Part shown: piece by piece, positions 60,983 through 64,000 of the stretch
Layout: every line of letters starts with the position of its first letter
Numbering within the stretch: the stretch's first letter is position 1
NCBI GenBank assembly: GCA_965215005.1
Contig: CBDCCZ010000021.1
Span: forward strand, 25,068 to 89,067
From: Kofleriaceae bacterium
GTDB lineage: Bacteria > Myxococcota_A > Polyangia > Haliangiales > Haliangiaceae
Reading direction: 5' to 3'
DNA length: 64,000 nucleotides
The notes under the pieces: generated by a model
Database searches by the model: none
What the model was told of the DNA's origin: nothing
Seen by the model: only the letters and a program-made list of their open reading frames with translations
Position numbers and translations under genes: made by a program

Positions 60983-62314
60983 ATGAAGGGGTCCGAGAAG
61001 TGCGCATCGCTCGTCTTGCGCGCACGTTTTAGTACCGTTGCAGTCGTTATCGCCTGCTGTGCGAGCGCAGCCTCATGTGGCGGCGGCGCGCGCGAGGTCG
61101 ATCGAACAACGACACCCGACGTGGCCGGCGATCCGAGAACCGAAGCGATAACGACACAACCAACAGCATCGGCCGGATCGTCGTTAGATGAAGACGGGGA
61201 TGCCGCTGAGGTCAGCGAGTTAGAGGTCGGCGAGTCCGAAGTACGCGCCGATGAGCCTGTTGGCGGCCCCAAGGCGTCCGCGCCTCGCCCCGCTCGCTTC
61301 GACACCTCGACTCCAAGGGCCACGATTTCGGCCTATCTGCTCGAGCCTGCCAAGAAAGCGCTCGAGGAGCGCAACTTCGCCCGCGCCATCGCCCTGTATC
61401 GGGGGCTCGTCACCGCCCGCGGCCCTGGCGATCCGCTGGCGTTGGAGCTCGCTAAAGCGTGGACTCTCGCCAGCCAATACGATGAGGCGATCGAGGTTTT
61501 GACCAACTTCATCGAACACACGACAGATCCCAAAGAGATGCAACGGGCTCGCGAAGAGGTCGCGCGGTTGCGCCGCGCATCGAATCCGTTTACGGGTCGG
61601 TTCGAGATCAGTGCGGCGAGCACAGAAGCCAAAACCGCGTTTCAGCGCGGCCGCGCTGAATTTAGCAAGAAGCGCTATGCAGACGCCTTGGTGTACTTCG
61701 AGATGGGAGCCGCGCTGGACCCAGATCTGCCGGGATTCTTGCGAGAGCTCGGTGCCACGTATGACAAGCTGGGAGCGGCGGATAAGAAGCTCGAGTTCTA
61801 CCGCGCCTATCTGCTGCAGCGACCATTTGGCAAGAACGCTGATGAAGTGCGCAGGCAGCTCGCCAAGGTGCGAAACGCGCTGGGCACCTTGACCATCGAG
61901 AGCGCACTGCCGTGTTACGAAGTGTGGCTCAACGGACAGGTGGTGCCGGGCAAGCTCCCAAAGAAGGAGCTGTCGATGGCTCCCGGCGCGTACAAAGCCA
62001 TGTGTTACGCACCGCAGTACGGGCTGGTGTACTTCGAGACCGCTGCGGTCGAGCCGGGCAGCTCGTCCAAGCTGGCGTTTCGTTGGGCGGTGCTGGTCAA
62101 TAAGTTGGTCGCACCGTACGGCCGCATCGCCATCGAAGATCCGCTCAATCCCGGGATGATGATGGACCTCGGCATCGATCGTGAGGAGGTTGGGGTGATC
62201 GTGCCGGCGGATGGGCGCTCGCTGCGGGTGGTGCTCAAAGATGACTCCGGCAGCCGCGTGGAAGAGCGCTACATCAAGCTCCAGCCCGGTTCCCGTGAGC
62301 TCATAAAGTGGTAG
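60983..62314 (+). CDS. TPR-repeat exported protein / probable lipoprotein
   Basis: Hydrophobic N-terminus with AASC; disordered linker; TPR helices; C-terminal PEGA-like strands. Confidence 0.75.
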   Translation: MKGSEKCASLVLRARFSTVAVVIACCASAASCGGGAREVDRTTTPDVAGDPRTEAITTQPTASAGSSLDEDGDAAEVSELEVGESEVRADEPVGGPKASAPRPARFDTSTPRATISAYLLEPAKKALEERNFARAIALYRGLVTARGPGDPLALELAKAWTLASQYDEAIEVLTNFIEHTTDPKEMQRAREEVARLRRASNPFTGRFEISAASTEAKTAFQRGRAEFSKKRYADALVYFEMGAALDPDLPGFLRELGATYDKLGAADKKLEFYRAYLLQRPFGKNADEVRRQLAKVRNALGTLTIESALPCYEVWLNGQVVPGKLPKKELSMAPGAYKAMCYAPQYGLVYFETAAVEPGSSSKLAFRWAVLVNKLVAPYGRIAIEDPLNPGMMMDLGIDREEVGVIVPADGRSLRVVLKDDSGSRVEERYIKLQPGSRELIKW

Positions 62315-62342
62315 AGTCGCTCGCGTTACCCGCGGCACGTTC

Positions 62343-63557
<1,215 letters not shown>

Positions 63558-63575
63558 CGCCAAAGAGGAGTCACC

Positions 63576-63965
63576 GTGCACGAGAAGAGCAAGAACGACA
63601 AACGCGGGCTCATCGTCGCGGCATCCATCCTCGGCATCCTGTTGGCAGTGGTGCTGGTCGTCCTCGGCCTCAAAGCTCTGCCGCAAGACACGCCGATGCC
63701 GCGGTCGATCGCGCTCATCATCGCCGGGCTGGTGCAGCTAAGCTGCTGCGTTACCGCGCTCCGCGGCAGTCGCGTTGGCTGGTCGTTTGCCATTGCGCTC
63801 GATAGCGTCGCGGCGCTCATTCTGCTCATCGGTACACCGCAAGTGCGAGCGGCGTGGGATACCAGCTTCGTGCTCGCGGTGTTGCCCGCCGCTGCGTTCG
63901 CCTTGGTGGCCATTCTCTACGGCTCGGCATCGGGCTCCTTCCGCGGCGATTACGGCGAGCTCTGA
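63576..63965 (+). CDS. Small membrane protein with four predicted TM helices
   Basis: SD GAGGAG before GTG; four hydrophobic segments. Confidence 0.8.
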   Translation: MHEKSKNDKRGLIVAASILGILLAVVLVVLGLKALPQDTPMPRSIALIIAGLVQLSCCVTALRGSRVGWSFAIALDSVAALILLIGTPQVRAAWDTSFVLAVLPAAAFALVAILYGSASGSFRGDYGEL

Positions 63966-64000
63966 TGACCACGGCCACGGCACGCCGATATTGATGTTGC

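Overview
GC-rich bacterial chromosome segment. The gene content points to Myxococcota (inference): many Hanks kinases, an FHA-sigma54 activator, PEGA/TPR proteins, a DUF1552/DUF1592 pair, a MYXO-CTERM-like tail and a split atp operon. All family names come from motif recognition by eye, not database searches. Left to right: (1) a Ser/Thr kinase / FHA-sigma54 activator / TPR-PEGA / double FG-GAP propeller module; (2) four minus-strand units for exported proteins, each behind its own sigma54-type promoter, including two tandem paralogous lipoproteins and a DUF1996 pseudogene; (3) tRNA-Gly(CCC); (4) a mixed enzyme block (methyltransferase, SCP2, PhnA-like, sirtuin, atypical patatin-like lipoprotein, saccharopine-dehydrogenase-like, erythromycin-esterase-like, CBS); (5) a TonB receptor and a TPR / binding-protein / DUF4105 operon; (6) atpF'-F-H-A-G-D-C and a bactofilin; (7) an ECF sigma / anti-sigma / outer-membrane / lipoprotein cassette; (8) an IS630 element with a passenger HTH gene and a frameshifted transposase; (9) a roughly 20-kb envelope-signalling locus. 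The last is the best candidate for an undescribed system. It encodes a membrane-spanning tandem STAS-Zn ribbon-TM-periplasmic PDZ protein, two pseudo-receiver/RsbW-like GHKL proteins, two Hanks kinases, a response regulator, three outer-membrane barrels (TonB receptor, TraB-like OmpA/TSP3 protein, FadL) and several lipoproteins.
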